IMG/VR virus record: IMGVR_UViG_3300037427_004270
DNA: 64,000 nt
Reading direction: 5' to 3' (one strand)
Origin: a virus
In this document: in pieces, positions 8,224-16,372 of the stretch
How the letters are laid out: every line of letters starts with the position of its first letter
Numbering within the stretch: the stretch's first letter is position 1
Made by a program: the position numbers and the translations under genes
Notes under the pieces: generated by a model
What the model saw: the letters and a program-made list of their open reading frames with translations, nothing else
Told to the model about the DNA's origin: nothing
Databases searched by the model: none

Positions 8224-10556
8224 GACACAAAAGCATGTTCCAAAACTTCGCCAATCTCTTTGACAAAGACGAATTCTACCTCTTCTTTAACAATGTCCGG
8301 GACATCAATTAAATCCTTCTCGTTCTTCGCTGGCATGAGGATCTTTTTAATACCTCCGCGATGTGCAGCCAGAACCTTCTCTTTGATACCCCCCACAGGC
8401 AGCACAAGCCCCCGTAAGGTTATTTCTCCAGTCATTGCGACCTCGTGGTTAACTTTCTTGCCAGTAAGCAGAGAAACGAGCGCAGTGGTTATCGTGATGC
8501 CTGCAGATGGGCCGTCTTTTGGGGTTGCACCTGCTGGGAAGTGGACATGAAAATCTTCCTCTTCCATGAACCTGCCCTCGTCGTCTCCAAGGCCCCACTC
8601 TTTAGCGCGTGAACGAACAAGACTTAGTGCTGTGTTGGCAGACTCTGACATCACTTCTCCGAGCTTACCAGTTAAGGATAATTTTCCTTTCCCTGGCATT
8701 TTTGTAGTTTCGATAAAAAGCAGGTCGCCTCCGACTGCAGTCCATGCAAGTCCGGTTGCAACGCCAGTCTTAGAAGTTCTTTCTGCCACTTCGTTCTCAA
8801 ACTTCTGAGGACCAAGGACTTCTTCAAGCTTATCAGAGGTGATAGCCACCTTCTCTTCTAATTCTTTTGCAATTTGAACTGCTATATAACGAGAGACTGC
8901 TGCCATTTGTCTTTTTAGGCCTCGGACTCCTGCCTCTCTGGTGTGTTTTTCAATAATCTCTTGAATAACCTCATCGGACATTTCAACCGAGTCTTCCTCG
9001 ACGCCATGCTTCTCTACTTCCTGCTTGATCAGGTGCCTCTTTGCAATCTGCAACTTCTCTTCGTGGGTATATCCACTTAGCTCGATAATTTCCATCCTAT
9101 CGCGCAAAGGCAGAGGGACGCCGGAAATACTATTTGCAGTTGCAATGAACAAAACAGAAGATAGATCAAAGTCCATCTCCAGATAGTGATCACTAAAGGT
9201 ATCATTTTGCTCTGGGTCTAAAACCTCCAACATAGCAGATGATGGATCTCCCCTGTAGTCTGAGGACATTTTGTCAATCTCATCTAAGAGGAATACTGGG
9301 TTATTTACCCCCACCTTCTTTAGGCCTTGTAAAATTCTACCTGGTAATGCGCCAACGTAGGTTCTTCTATGTCCCCTAATCTCCGACTCATCTTTGACAC
9401 CACCGAGAGAGATTCTATGGAACTTTCTCCCCAAGGCTGTCGCGATAGACTTGCCTAGAGATGTTTTACCAACTCCCGGAGGCCCTAACAAGCAAAGGAT
9501 TGGACCCTTCATATCATCTTTGAGCTTTCTCACTGCGAGATATTCAATGATGCGCTTCTTGACTTTATCTAGCCCGTAATGATCATCATCCAAAATGTCT
9601 TGGGCTTCTTCCAGATCATTTGAGTCAATGGTGCTAGCTGACCATGGCATATCTAAAATAGTTTCCACATAAGTTCTGGCTACATTATATTCAGCCTGGC
9701 TCGGCTGAATGTTCTTTAGTTTTTCAATCTCTTTATCAAAAGTCTTTTGAGCTTCGTCTGGTAGGTTTGCCTTTCTTGCTCTTTCTATAAAACCTGAAAC
9801 AAGATCGTCACCTTCTTCGTACTCGTTAAGTTCTTCTTTGATGACTTTCATTTGTTGACGCAAGTAGTACTCTCTCTGGGTCTTACTCATCTCTCCTCTT
9901 ACTTGGGAGTTTATCTTTTCCGAGATCTTTAACACTTCTGCTTGTTTTTCGAGCAGCGAAATGACCAAAGAGAGTCTCGCAGTTAGATTGACGGCCTCAA
10001 GAACTTCCTGCTTTTCGTCAATAGTAGCCTCTATATTGGCAGTAATTAAGTCGGCTAAATGGCCAGGGGTATCTATGGATTCCAACAACTGCTTGGCCAT
10101 CATCGGGATGTCAGGCAATAGGTCCATGACCTCAGAGGCCAAGCTTTGTAGGTGATCCATGAGGTCCATGACAACCTCGTCAACCTCTTGGTCTTCCACC
10201 ATCTCCACTTTTGCAACAAAGTATGGCTCTGTTTCTTCAAACTTCTTTACGGAAAAACGAGACACACCCTCAACAACAATGTTGTACCCAAAAGTGTCTG
10301 TTTTTGCAACTTTTATAATCTTCGCAAGAGTTCCAACACGATAAACGTCTTTTGCAGTGGGATCACTTACCTCTGGCTTGTGTTGGCTTACGATACCGAT
10401 ATACTTGTTCTCTCGTACTGCGTCCTCGATGAGCTTGACTGTCTTCTCTCTTCCAACAGTCAGTGGCATAATAGCACCGGGGAAGAAAACACTGTTCCTC
10501 AAAGGAACAATGGGCAGTGAAATTGTATTCTCGTTTTCTTTTGTTGTCATTTTCAT
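8220..10556 (-). CDS. lon: full-length ATP-dependent Lon protease
   Basis: 778 aa; N-domain LPIVPLRNSVFFPG, Walker A GPPGVGKTS, Walker B FLLDEIDK, catalytic Ser in PKDGPSAG and Lys in PVGGIKEK. Confidence 0.97.
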   Translation of the reverse strand: MKMTTKENENTISLPIVPLRNSVFFPGAIMPLTVGREKTVKLIEDAVRENKYIGIVSQHKPEVSDPTAKDVYRVGTLAKIIKVAKTDTFGYNIVVEGVSRFSVKKFEETEPYFVAKVEMVEDQEVDEVVMDLMDHLQSLASEVMDLLPDIPMMAKQLLESIDTPGHLADLITANIEATIDEKQEVLEAVNLTARLSLVISLLEKQAEVLKISEKINSQVRGEMSKTQREYYLRQQMKVIKEELNEYEEGDDLVSGFIERARKANLPDEAQKTFDKEIEKLKNIQPSQAEYNVARTYVETILDMPWSASTIDSNDLEEAQDILDDDHYGLDKVKKRIIEYLAVRKLKDDMKGPILCLLGPPGVGKTSLGKSIATALGRKFHRISLGGVKDESEIRGHRRTYVGALPGRILQGLKKVGVNNPVFLLDEIDKMSSDYRGDPSSAMLEVLDPEQNDTFSDHYLEMDFDLSSVLFIATANSISGVPLPLRDRMEIIELSGYTHEEKLQIAKRHLIKQEVEKHGVEEDSVEMSDEVIQEIIEKHTREAGVRGLKRQMAAVSRYIAVQIAKELEEKVAITSDKLEEVLGPQKFENEVAERTSKTGVATGLAWTAVGGDLLFIETTKMPGKGKLSLTGKLGEVMSESANTALSLVRSRAKEWGLGDDEGRFMEEEDFHVHFPAGATPKDGPSAGITITTALVSLLTGKKVNHEVAMTGEITLRGLVLPVGGIKEKVLAAHRGGIKKILMPAKNEKDLIDVPDIVKEEVEFVFVKEIGEVLEHAFVS

Positions 10557-10565
10557 TTCCTCTTA

Positions 10566-10796
10566 TTAATTGGCTCTAGAATCTTCTATGCTAATAATAC
10601 TTAGATACCTTATTATATCAAAAGGCCCCTCTAGTGTCAATACAATATTGTATTCACTTAAACTATACTCATTTTCGAGCTCTTTGCTGTATTCAAATGC
10701 ATCACTTGTGTTTTCAAAGATCTTTGAATGTACGACAGAAAAGGGTTCCTTCTGCACAACGACGACTGATGATGTTTTTTCATCAGACCACCTCAT
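10566..10796 (-). CDS. hypothetical protein
   Basis: 76-aa ORF filling the gap between recA and lon, in the operon direction. Confidence 0.55.
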   Translation of the reverse strand: MRWSDEKTSSVVVVQKEPFSVVHSKIFENTSDAFEYSKELENEYSLSEYNIVLTLEGPFDIIRYLSIISIEDSRAN

Positions 10797-11937
10797 CTAA
10801 GTTTTCGCTGCCGGAAGATTCTGATTCAATATCGTAAAACTTGCTGGCATCTCCTTCTCTTTTATCAAACTTTTGTATAATCTCCTCATCAAAGATTTCC
10901 ATAACCGCCTGCCTAAAGGCTGCATTTTCCATTTTCTTTTCGAAGGTCTTCTTTTGAAACTTTTCCGCTTTTCCGTCGGGCATCTTCAAGGAATACCAAG
11001 CTCCCGAGCGATCTACTGCAGAGGTTGTCTCTATTGCTGTGAAGATACTCTCCTCGTCTAATATTTTAACATCTGCGCCGCCCCATAAGATCTTGAAGCG
11101 ACACTCGCGACCCTCAGTTCCGAATCTAGACTTTTTAAGCTTTACTTTGACTTCAGACCCTGCCTTGAAGCCCTTTTCATCAAGAAAATAGGAAGCTTTT
11201 GACTTCGGTGCTGTCAAATAAACGCGCAAAGAAGATGCGTAATGCATGGACTTGCCGCCAGGAGTTACATACGGGTTAATCATCGCGGAAACGTGATCGC
11301 CTGGACGTGGAATGTTTGTCTTTAGTTGGTTTGTTACCAAGAATGTGTTTCCTGTTTCCGATAGGGGAACGACCAGCTTCATCATGGCCTTTGAGAGAAT
11401 TCTTGCCTTCAGTGCCATTGTCTCTTGTGGATTAAAGCCCCCTTCTACATCAGTAGAGGTTGGCGTGTTAGCCAAGGAGTCCCAAATAAATAAAGTTCTT
11501 CTTGCACCATTGGCGATAATTGAGTCAATTGCCTCAAGCATCTGTTCGACGCTATATGTCGTAATGTAAAGAAACTTGTCCTCTTGACATCCGATCTTTA
11601 AGAGAAAGTCTTCGTCGATGGCAGCCTCTGAGTCGAAGTATACAACGTCAATGCCCATCTTATTTGCATTTGCTGCGATCATGGCAGCGAGATAGGACTT
11701 TCCTGAACCTTCCAGGCCTGCAATCTCTGTTATCTTTCCGACGGGGATACCGCCCTTTTTGCCGCGACAGATGATTCCATCCAGCCATGTACTTCCAGTC
11801 GGAATCCACTCTTTGACATTCGTTGGGTTCTCGCCGCTGTTTAGCTGCCTTGCGACAGTCATTCCTGCCTGCTTATTAAGGATATCTTTAATGTTGTTGA
11901 GGGATATCTTTCCAATTGACTTATTCTTTTTCGCCAT
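10783..11937 (-). CDS. recA: RecA/UvsX recombinase
   Basis: IPTGS, GIPVGKITEIAGLEGSGKS (Walker A), FDSEAA, IWDSLA, NQLK, TPGGKSMHYASSLR. Confidence 0.93.
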   Translation of the reverse strand: MAKKNKSIGKISLNNIKDILNKQAGMTVARQLNSGENPTNVKEWIPTGSTWLDGIICRGKKGGIPVGKITEIAGLEGSGKSYLAAMIAANANKMGIDVVYFDSEAAIDEDFLLKIGCQEDKFLYITTYSVEQMLEAIDSIIANGARRTLFIWDSLANTPTSTDVEGGFNPQETMALKARILSKAMMKLVVPLSETGNTFLVTNQLKTNIPRPGDHVSAMINPYVTPGGKSMHYASSLRVYLTAPKSKASYFLDEKGFKAGSEVKVKLKKSRFGTEGRECRFKILWGGADVKILDEESIFTAIETTSAVDRSGAWYSLKMPDGKAEKFQKKTFEKKMENAAFRQAVMEIFDEEIIQKFDKREGDASKFYDIESESSGSENLDEVV

Positions 11938-11951
11938 TAAAGGCTCCTTTT

Positions 11952-11979
11952 AAAAAATGCGGGGGGACGAGCCCCCCGC
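11952..11979 (-). terminator. intrinsic terminator after the SSB gene
   Basis: GCGGGGGG-CTCGT-CCCCCCGC followed by ATTTTTT. Confidence 0.8.
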
Positions 11980-11986
11980 TTGGTTA

Positions 11987-12769
11987 CTATTCAAACAGCT
12001 CGCTGAAAGCTTCGTCAACAGACTTGCTCCCAGTTGATGTGGCTGCTGCCGCTGCTGCTCCCGCAACAACAACCTCATCCTTTCCCGGTGCATCCTCAGA
12101 TGAGGAGTCAGAGGGGTTGAGGTGATCATCTAGTAAAACTTGAACCTCTGCAGTGGTCTTCTGCTCGAACATCCCAGTGAGTTCTGGAATCTTTGCCAAC
12201 AAAGTTTCGCACTCGTCCTCAGAAGCGTCTACACACACAGGCGTTGTTTTGCGCTTTGGTGTGATATTCGTTTGTGGAAAGGATGCCCCTGCAGGCTTAC
12301 CGTATGCAAGATCCAGGTCAGTACCAGAGTCTGCATCAGTAATATCTCCGTAGTCCGGGTTCAACACAAGATTCAAGAGTGTTTCGTACACTTTCTTGCC
12401 ATATCCCCACACTTTTGGGCCTTCCATCTCTTCGCCACGAACAAGGACTGCTGAGAAAAAACGCTGACGAGCCGTCAGGTCTTTAGCCATCTTGACGCTA
12501 CCCTCATCGCCTTCGCGATACAACGACTTAGCAAAGTCGCACACAGGGCACTGTTCTCCCAAGTTCTTGCTCGGACACAGAAAGCCAGAGTTCTTGCCTA
12601 CATTATAGTGGAAGAAGTAAGACGGAAAAGGATCTCCGTCGGCGGCTGGCAGGATGCGAATTGTTTGCTTCCCGTCTTGTGGACGCCAAAAGTTGCTACC
12701 GCCTGAGCCGTTGCCACGACTTTGCAGGGTGCCTAGTTTTTCTCTCATTTTATTTAAATCAATACCCAT
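11987..12769 (-). CDS. single-stranded DNA-binding protein, T4 gp32-like
   Basis: FWRP..G...IRILP, His/Cys zinc site (FHY...LCP...CPVC), GPKVWGYGKKVY, DITD..SGTDL, acidic tail ending DEAFSELFE. Confidence 0.85.
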   Translation of the reverse strand: MGIDLNKMREKLGTLQSRGNGSGGSNFWRPQDGKQTIRILPAADGDPFPSYFFHYNVGKNSGFLCPSKNLGEQCPVCDFAKSLYREGDEGSVKMAKDLTARQRFFSAVLVRGEEMEGPKVWGYGKKVYETLLNLVLNPDYGDITDADSGTDLDLAYGKPAGASFPQTNITPKRKTTPVCVDASEDECETLLAKIPELTGMFEQKTTAEVQVLLDDHLNPSDSSSEDAPGKDEVVVAGAAAAAATSTGSKSVDEAFSELFE

Positions 12770-12809
12770 TATATTTTCTCCTTGTTAAAGACATAAGGCA
12801 AATGTCCCA

Positions 12810-13070
12810 TTATGCCTGGTTGGTTAAAAGTTTTTCCTCTACGTCGAGTTGTTTCAAGTTTCCGATGGCCTTTTCAAAGTTAAAAACTCTAAAGCCGCTA
12901 GTATCGAGATCCCAAACTAATTCTGATCCCTCTCGGATGCTCGACTTTCCGCTACCCTTTATTTTATCATCTAAAAAGGCTTTTGGTAAGTCCTCGAACT
13001 TAATAAATGTCATTTCTCTCAAAGTTCCATCTTTCTTTACAAATTTACCCTTATACGCTTTCATGCTCAT
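12810..13070 (-). CDS. WYL_2/Sm-like small protein
   Basis: ATG at 13070 with SD AGGAG. FVKKDGTLREM...LVWDLDTSGFRVFN matches the F-x-K-x-DG-x-x-R...D-x(5)-R-x-F pattern. Confidence 0.55.
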   Translation of the reverse strand: MSMKAYKGKFVKKDGTLREMTFIKFEDLPKAFLDDKIKGSGKSSIREGSELVWDLDTSGFRVFNFEKAIGNLKQLDVEEKLLTNQA

Positions 13071-13903
13071 TTTCTCTCCTGTATAACTGAGGTTGTTAAG
13101 ACGCACACAACATGTGGCTCCTCGTAGTCTGTGGGGAACACATCATAACTACTTGACGCTTCTCCAGATAGTTTATTCACTTGTTCTCGTATCTTCTTCA
13201 ACAGTTCATTGTCTGTTCTTAGTTCCTCCTCCTTCATACCATAATAATACTTCTTATTTACTATTATGTTAAGATCAAAAAAAGCTTTTTCTAAAGAATC
13301 TTTGTAAGAGACAAGGCCAATGGTCTTGATCTTCTCGTGGTCTTTTGGGGTGTTATCTGTGCCGACAATAGACTCGGTTTTAGAAAAATAATTTATTAAA
13401 TTTACCGAAGATGCCACTGCAGATGCGATTGTATGATCATAATCAATTGGAGATATGTTTCCCAATGCCTCTTCCATCTTGACCTTGCTTATAAGAAAGA
13501 TATCCGCAAAAACACCGGAACGTGCATATTCCTGCAAGACATGAAAAACAACCCTCTCGTTGCGCTCTGCATCCCCGCCCATATGCTCATAATCGGGCTG
13601 AAGATAGAACACTGTGGTCTTTTTGTTGTCCATATCAGAGAGCACTTTCAAAGATGCTGCAGATATAAGTTCTGAGCCGTCTACAAAGAAGAAACTCTCT
13701 CCTCTGACTTGTTTAAAAAAGTAAGCAAGCGAGGGGCACTTCTCTTCGTACTTCTCTGCTGTCTTTTGCTTCGGAATTGACCGAGTGTTCTTAGACTTTG
13801 CTAGTTTCTCTCCTATTTTATAGGGCTTATAATTGCTATCTAGCTCACTAAGACTGTCAACAATAAGACAGCCTGTTTTTCCCAGTCCAACTACATTTAT
13901 CAT
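13067..13903 (-). CDS. divergent FtsZ/tubulin-like protein
   Basis: Start likely ATG at 13903. INVVGLGKTGCLIVDSL resembles FtsZ IKVIGVGGGGGNAV, and downstream strand/helix spacing resembles the FtsZ GTPase domain. The GGGTGxG loop is absent. Confidence 0.6.
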   Translation of the reverse strand: MINVVGLGKTGCLIVDSLSELDSNYKPYKIGEKLAKSKNTRSIPKQKTAEKYEEKCPSLAYFFKQVRGESFFFVDGSELISAASLKVLSDMDNKKTTVFYLQPDYEHMGGDAERNERVVFHVLQEYARSGVFADIFLISKVKMEEALGNISPIDYDHTIASAVASSVNLINYFSKTESIVGTDNTPKDHEKIKTIGLVSYKDSLEKAFFDLNIIVNKKYYYGMKEEELRTDNELLKKIREQVNKLSGEASSSYDVFPTDYEEPHVVCVLTTSVIQERK

Positions 13904-15159
13904 ATTTGTATTTCCTTCATATCTCCGAAATTCTTTCCGGCCTTTACTTTGCAAGGGTACTCGCCAAGTTCCGTGTTGGAAAATGTATTTACAATATCAA
14001 TAAACAGGTCCATATCTTCCCTTGATAGATCTATAATGACAGAATCGTGCAAACACATCTTAACATAACTTTTTCTATTTGTCAACAACTTTTCTACTTT
14101 TAAAAGTTGCCTCATGACCATTTCTGCCGCAGTTCCCTGAATTATATGGTTTACTGCTCGAAAATCATCCGTCTGTATTCTTTTTCCGAAGTGAGTTTTT
14201 GCTATTTCGCTTTTTGGGTCGAAGAACTTTTCTTTCACGACGTTCACGTTGTACAGCTTTTCTAATTCGCCAATTTCGGAGTTCCTGTCGCCATACATGT
14301 AAGCAATAACAGATCTCTTTGCTCGTTGCCTGTCCACGTTTAAGAAAGTCGAGTTCCATTCGTGCAAATCTCCCTGGGGTTGTTCTTTTCCTGAAAGAGA
14401 TAAAAACACCCTAAGCTCGGCGGCGTTAAAATCAAGTTCGGCGATAAGATCGTTATCTGGTGTAATTAGGCTGCGAAAGTCTGCATCGAGCGTTAAAGCA
14501 GGAAAAGATCTCTTTTTATTGTTATATTGCGTCGCCAACTCAAAGAACTCATCAAACAAAGCCCCTTCGAGATCAGAAACACTATCTGTTGTTAGCCGAC
14601 CAGTTTTTGTTCTCAGAAAATTGTACTTTATCTTATTGGAGTACGTCTTGTGAAAAGTTTGCAAAAACTTTCGAACCTTTGGTGTGCTTGCCGATGAAAG
14701 AAGGTTTTTTGTATTGGTCTTTATTTCTTTAGAAGACAGATCATTAAAGAATTCCAGCATCCTGCATTGATGGTGAAAGTTCTCAAGCTTGTCGTATGTC
14801 TTGAATACATGCTCCACTATCTTGTTCTGAACGAGAAAATACTTCTTTATATCGGATAATGGAACCATGTCATAGAAACAGTGTTCTGAGAGGTTTATTT
14901 TTGCTGCATTAAAGCTTCTTCGGAATGCTAGGAGTCTCTCTCTTCTTTTAAGGAACTCTCCGCGCAAATGTTTGGGGCATGCCTCTTCCAGTGTTTTTCC
15001 GCCACATAAAACCTTAGCGTACTCATATGAGTCGCCCTTCACAGAGGAAGTGGGGGACCATGTTCTGAAGTATTCTTCTTTGAGCTCTTCTTGGTGAATT
15101 TCTCCGTCGTAGAAAAAGCCAAAACACTCTTCTCTGCTATCCAAAATTGAAAAATACAA
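13900..15159 (-). CDS. polA: compact family A DNA polymerase (polymerase domain)
   Basis: TKTGRLT; motif A ELDFNAAELRV; motif B RQRAKRSVIAYMYG; AVNHIIQGTAAE; motif C LHDSVII; 419 aa; TTG start. Confidence 0.85.
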   Translation of the reverse strand: MYFSILDSREECFGFFYDGEIHQEELKEEYFRTWSPTSSVKGDSYEYAKVLCGGKTLEEACPKHLRGEFLKRRERLLAFRRSFNAAKINLSEHCFYDMVPLSDIKKYFLVQNKIVEHVFKTYDKLENFHHQCRMLEFFNDLSSKEIKTNTKNLLSSASTPKVRKFLQTFHKTYSNKIKYNFLRTKTGRLTTDSVSDLEGALFDEFFELATQYNNKKRSFPALTLDADFRSLITPDNDLIAELDFNAAELRVFLSLSGKEQPQGDLHEWNSTFLNVDRQRAKRSVIAYMYGDRNSEIGELEKLYNVNVVKEKFFDPKSEIAKTHFGKRIQTDDFRAVNHIIQGTAAEMVMRQLLKVEKLLTNRKSYVKMCLHDSVIIDLSREDMDLFIDIVNTFSNTELGEYPCKVKAGKNFGDMKEIQI

Positions 15160-15160
15160 T

Positions 15161-16372
15161 CTACACCCTTAAAGATTTCATCAAAGAAGCAGGGATCACT
15201 TCTGCTTCATCAAGTACCTCATTAGTATAAACCAAAGCCTTCTGAATGTCAAGGTTTGCTTCCAAAGAAACTACACTTTTTATTAATGTGTCCATCTGCT
15301 CTTGGGTGAATGAGAGATTATTCTCGTTTATCTTTGTGAAAACATACAACTTTATCCAAAATGGGTATCCTCTCTCGTCTTCCGCAAAAAACAGGTCTGT
15401 CTTGCCTAGAGTGGCTACTTTCTGTCTTTCTCGAACTAAAGAAACTACTTTTTTATCACATATCTTCTTTTGAGTGTAGGTCGGATAGTCATTTACCAAT
15501 TTTGTATAAATATATGAATAGGCCTCGATAAGAGCGAGGAAATCAGACGTCTCTGTCCTGTTAAAATATGTGTTAAAAAAGCTGTCAATGTTTGGGACGT
15601 TTTCTTCTTTCATTTTGCTCATCATATGCTCCGACTTTAAATTGGCATACATTCTCCACGGAACATTCTTGTCAAGCATGAAGCCATACGCACTGCAGTG
15701 GCGAACAAATGAGGAGTAGTTTATGTCACTCAAGTACTTCCTTATCTTGATGTCGTCGTTCCCACAATCGTCTGAGGCCAGATCGATAACCAAGCCGCTA
15801 ACGTGGGGTGGGCAATTATTAGAGCGCACAAAAGAGGACAACAAGAAGGGAATTTGTCGAGAAATAGCCCCTTGAAAGGTGGCGAATTCTTTTATGAAAG
15901 TGGCCACATCTATTATTTTGTTTTTTATCTCGTGATGGGTAAAGTAATCAGACACAAATTTATCATATATCGTGTCCAAATATTTTCTATAGTGGGTCGC
16001 ATAGTCCTCCCACCCTCTTGTCGGTGTTATGTTGCGATATACACTAACTTGAGAGCCAGGTTTGCGTAAAAACTTAACTTCCATAGATTCAACCATCTCT
16101 TCAAACGCTTTTGCTACAATGTCAACCACCTCAACACCATTTTCAGAGTCTATCGTGGCTAAGACATTCAAAGTGTTTGCTGGAGACAAAATGCCCCCTG
16201 CTCTGTTGAAAAGTATGGTCTTTCCTGCTTGAGAAACCTTTCCATAGCTCGGCTTTTCAACGGAGTCAAAAAGCAAATCGGTCGAAGAGGTGTACTTTCC
16301 GGACATAAACTTATATTTATTCCTCTCGCTGAAGAGGTCTTTTGCATTCATTGTGTTTTTGCCCTTAGTCAT
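15161..16372 (-). CDS. hypothetical protein
   Basis: 403-aa ORF translationally coupled to both neighbours; no motif recognised. Confidence 0.75.
   Translation of the reverse strand: MTKGKNTMNAKDLFSERNKYKFMSGKYTSSTDLLFDSVEKPSYGKVSQAGKTILFNRAGGILSPANTLNVLATIDSENGVEVVDIVAKAFEEMVESMEVKFLRKPGSQVSVYRNITPTRGWEDYATHYRKYLDTIYDKFVSDYFTHHEIKNKIIDVATFIKEFATFQGAISRQIPFLLSSFVRSNNCPPHVSGLVIDLASDDCGNDDIKIRKYLSDINYSSFVRHCSAYGFMLDKNVPWRMYANLKSEHMMSKMKEENVPNIDSFFNTYFNRTETSDFLALIEAYSYIYTKLVNDYPTYTQKKICDKKVVSLVRERQKVATLGKTDLFFAEDERGYPFWIKLYVFTKINENNLSFTQEQMDTLIKSVVSLEANLDIQKALVYTNEVLDEAEVIPASLMKSLRV

Noticed and set aside
3120-11937. Inteins or introns in nrdJ, helicase or recA
   Set aside because: Lengths and motif spacing are normal; no intein termini or homing-endonuclease motifs were seen.
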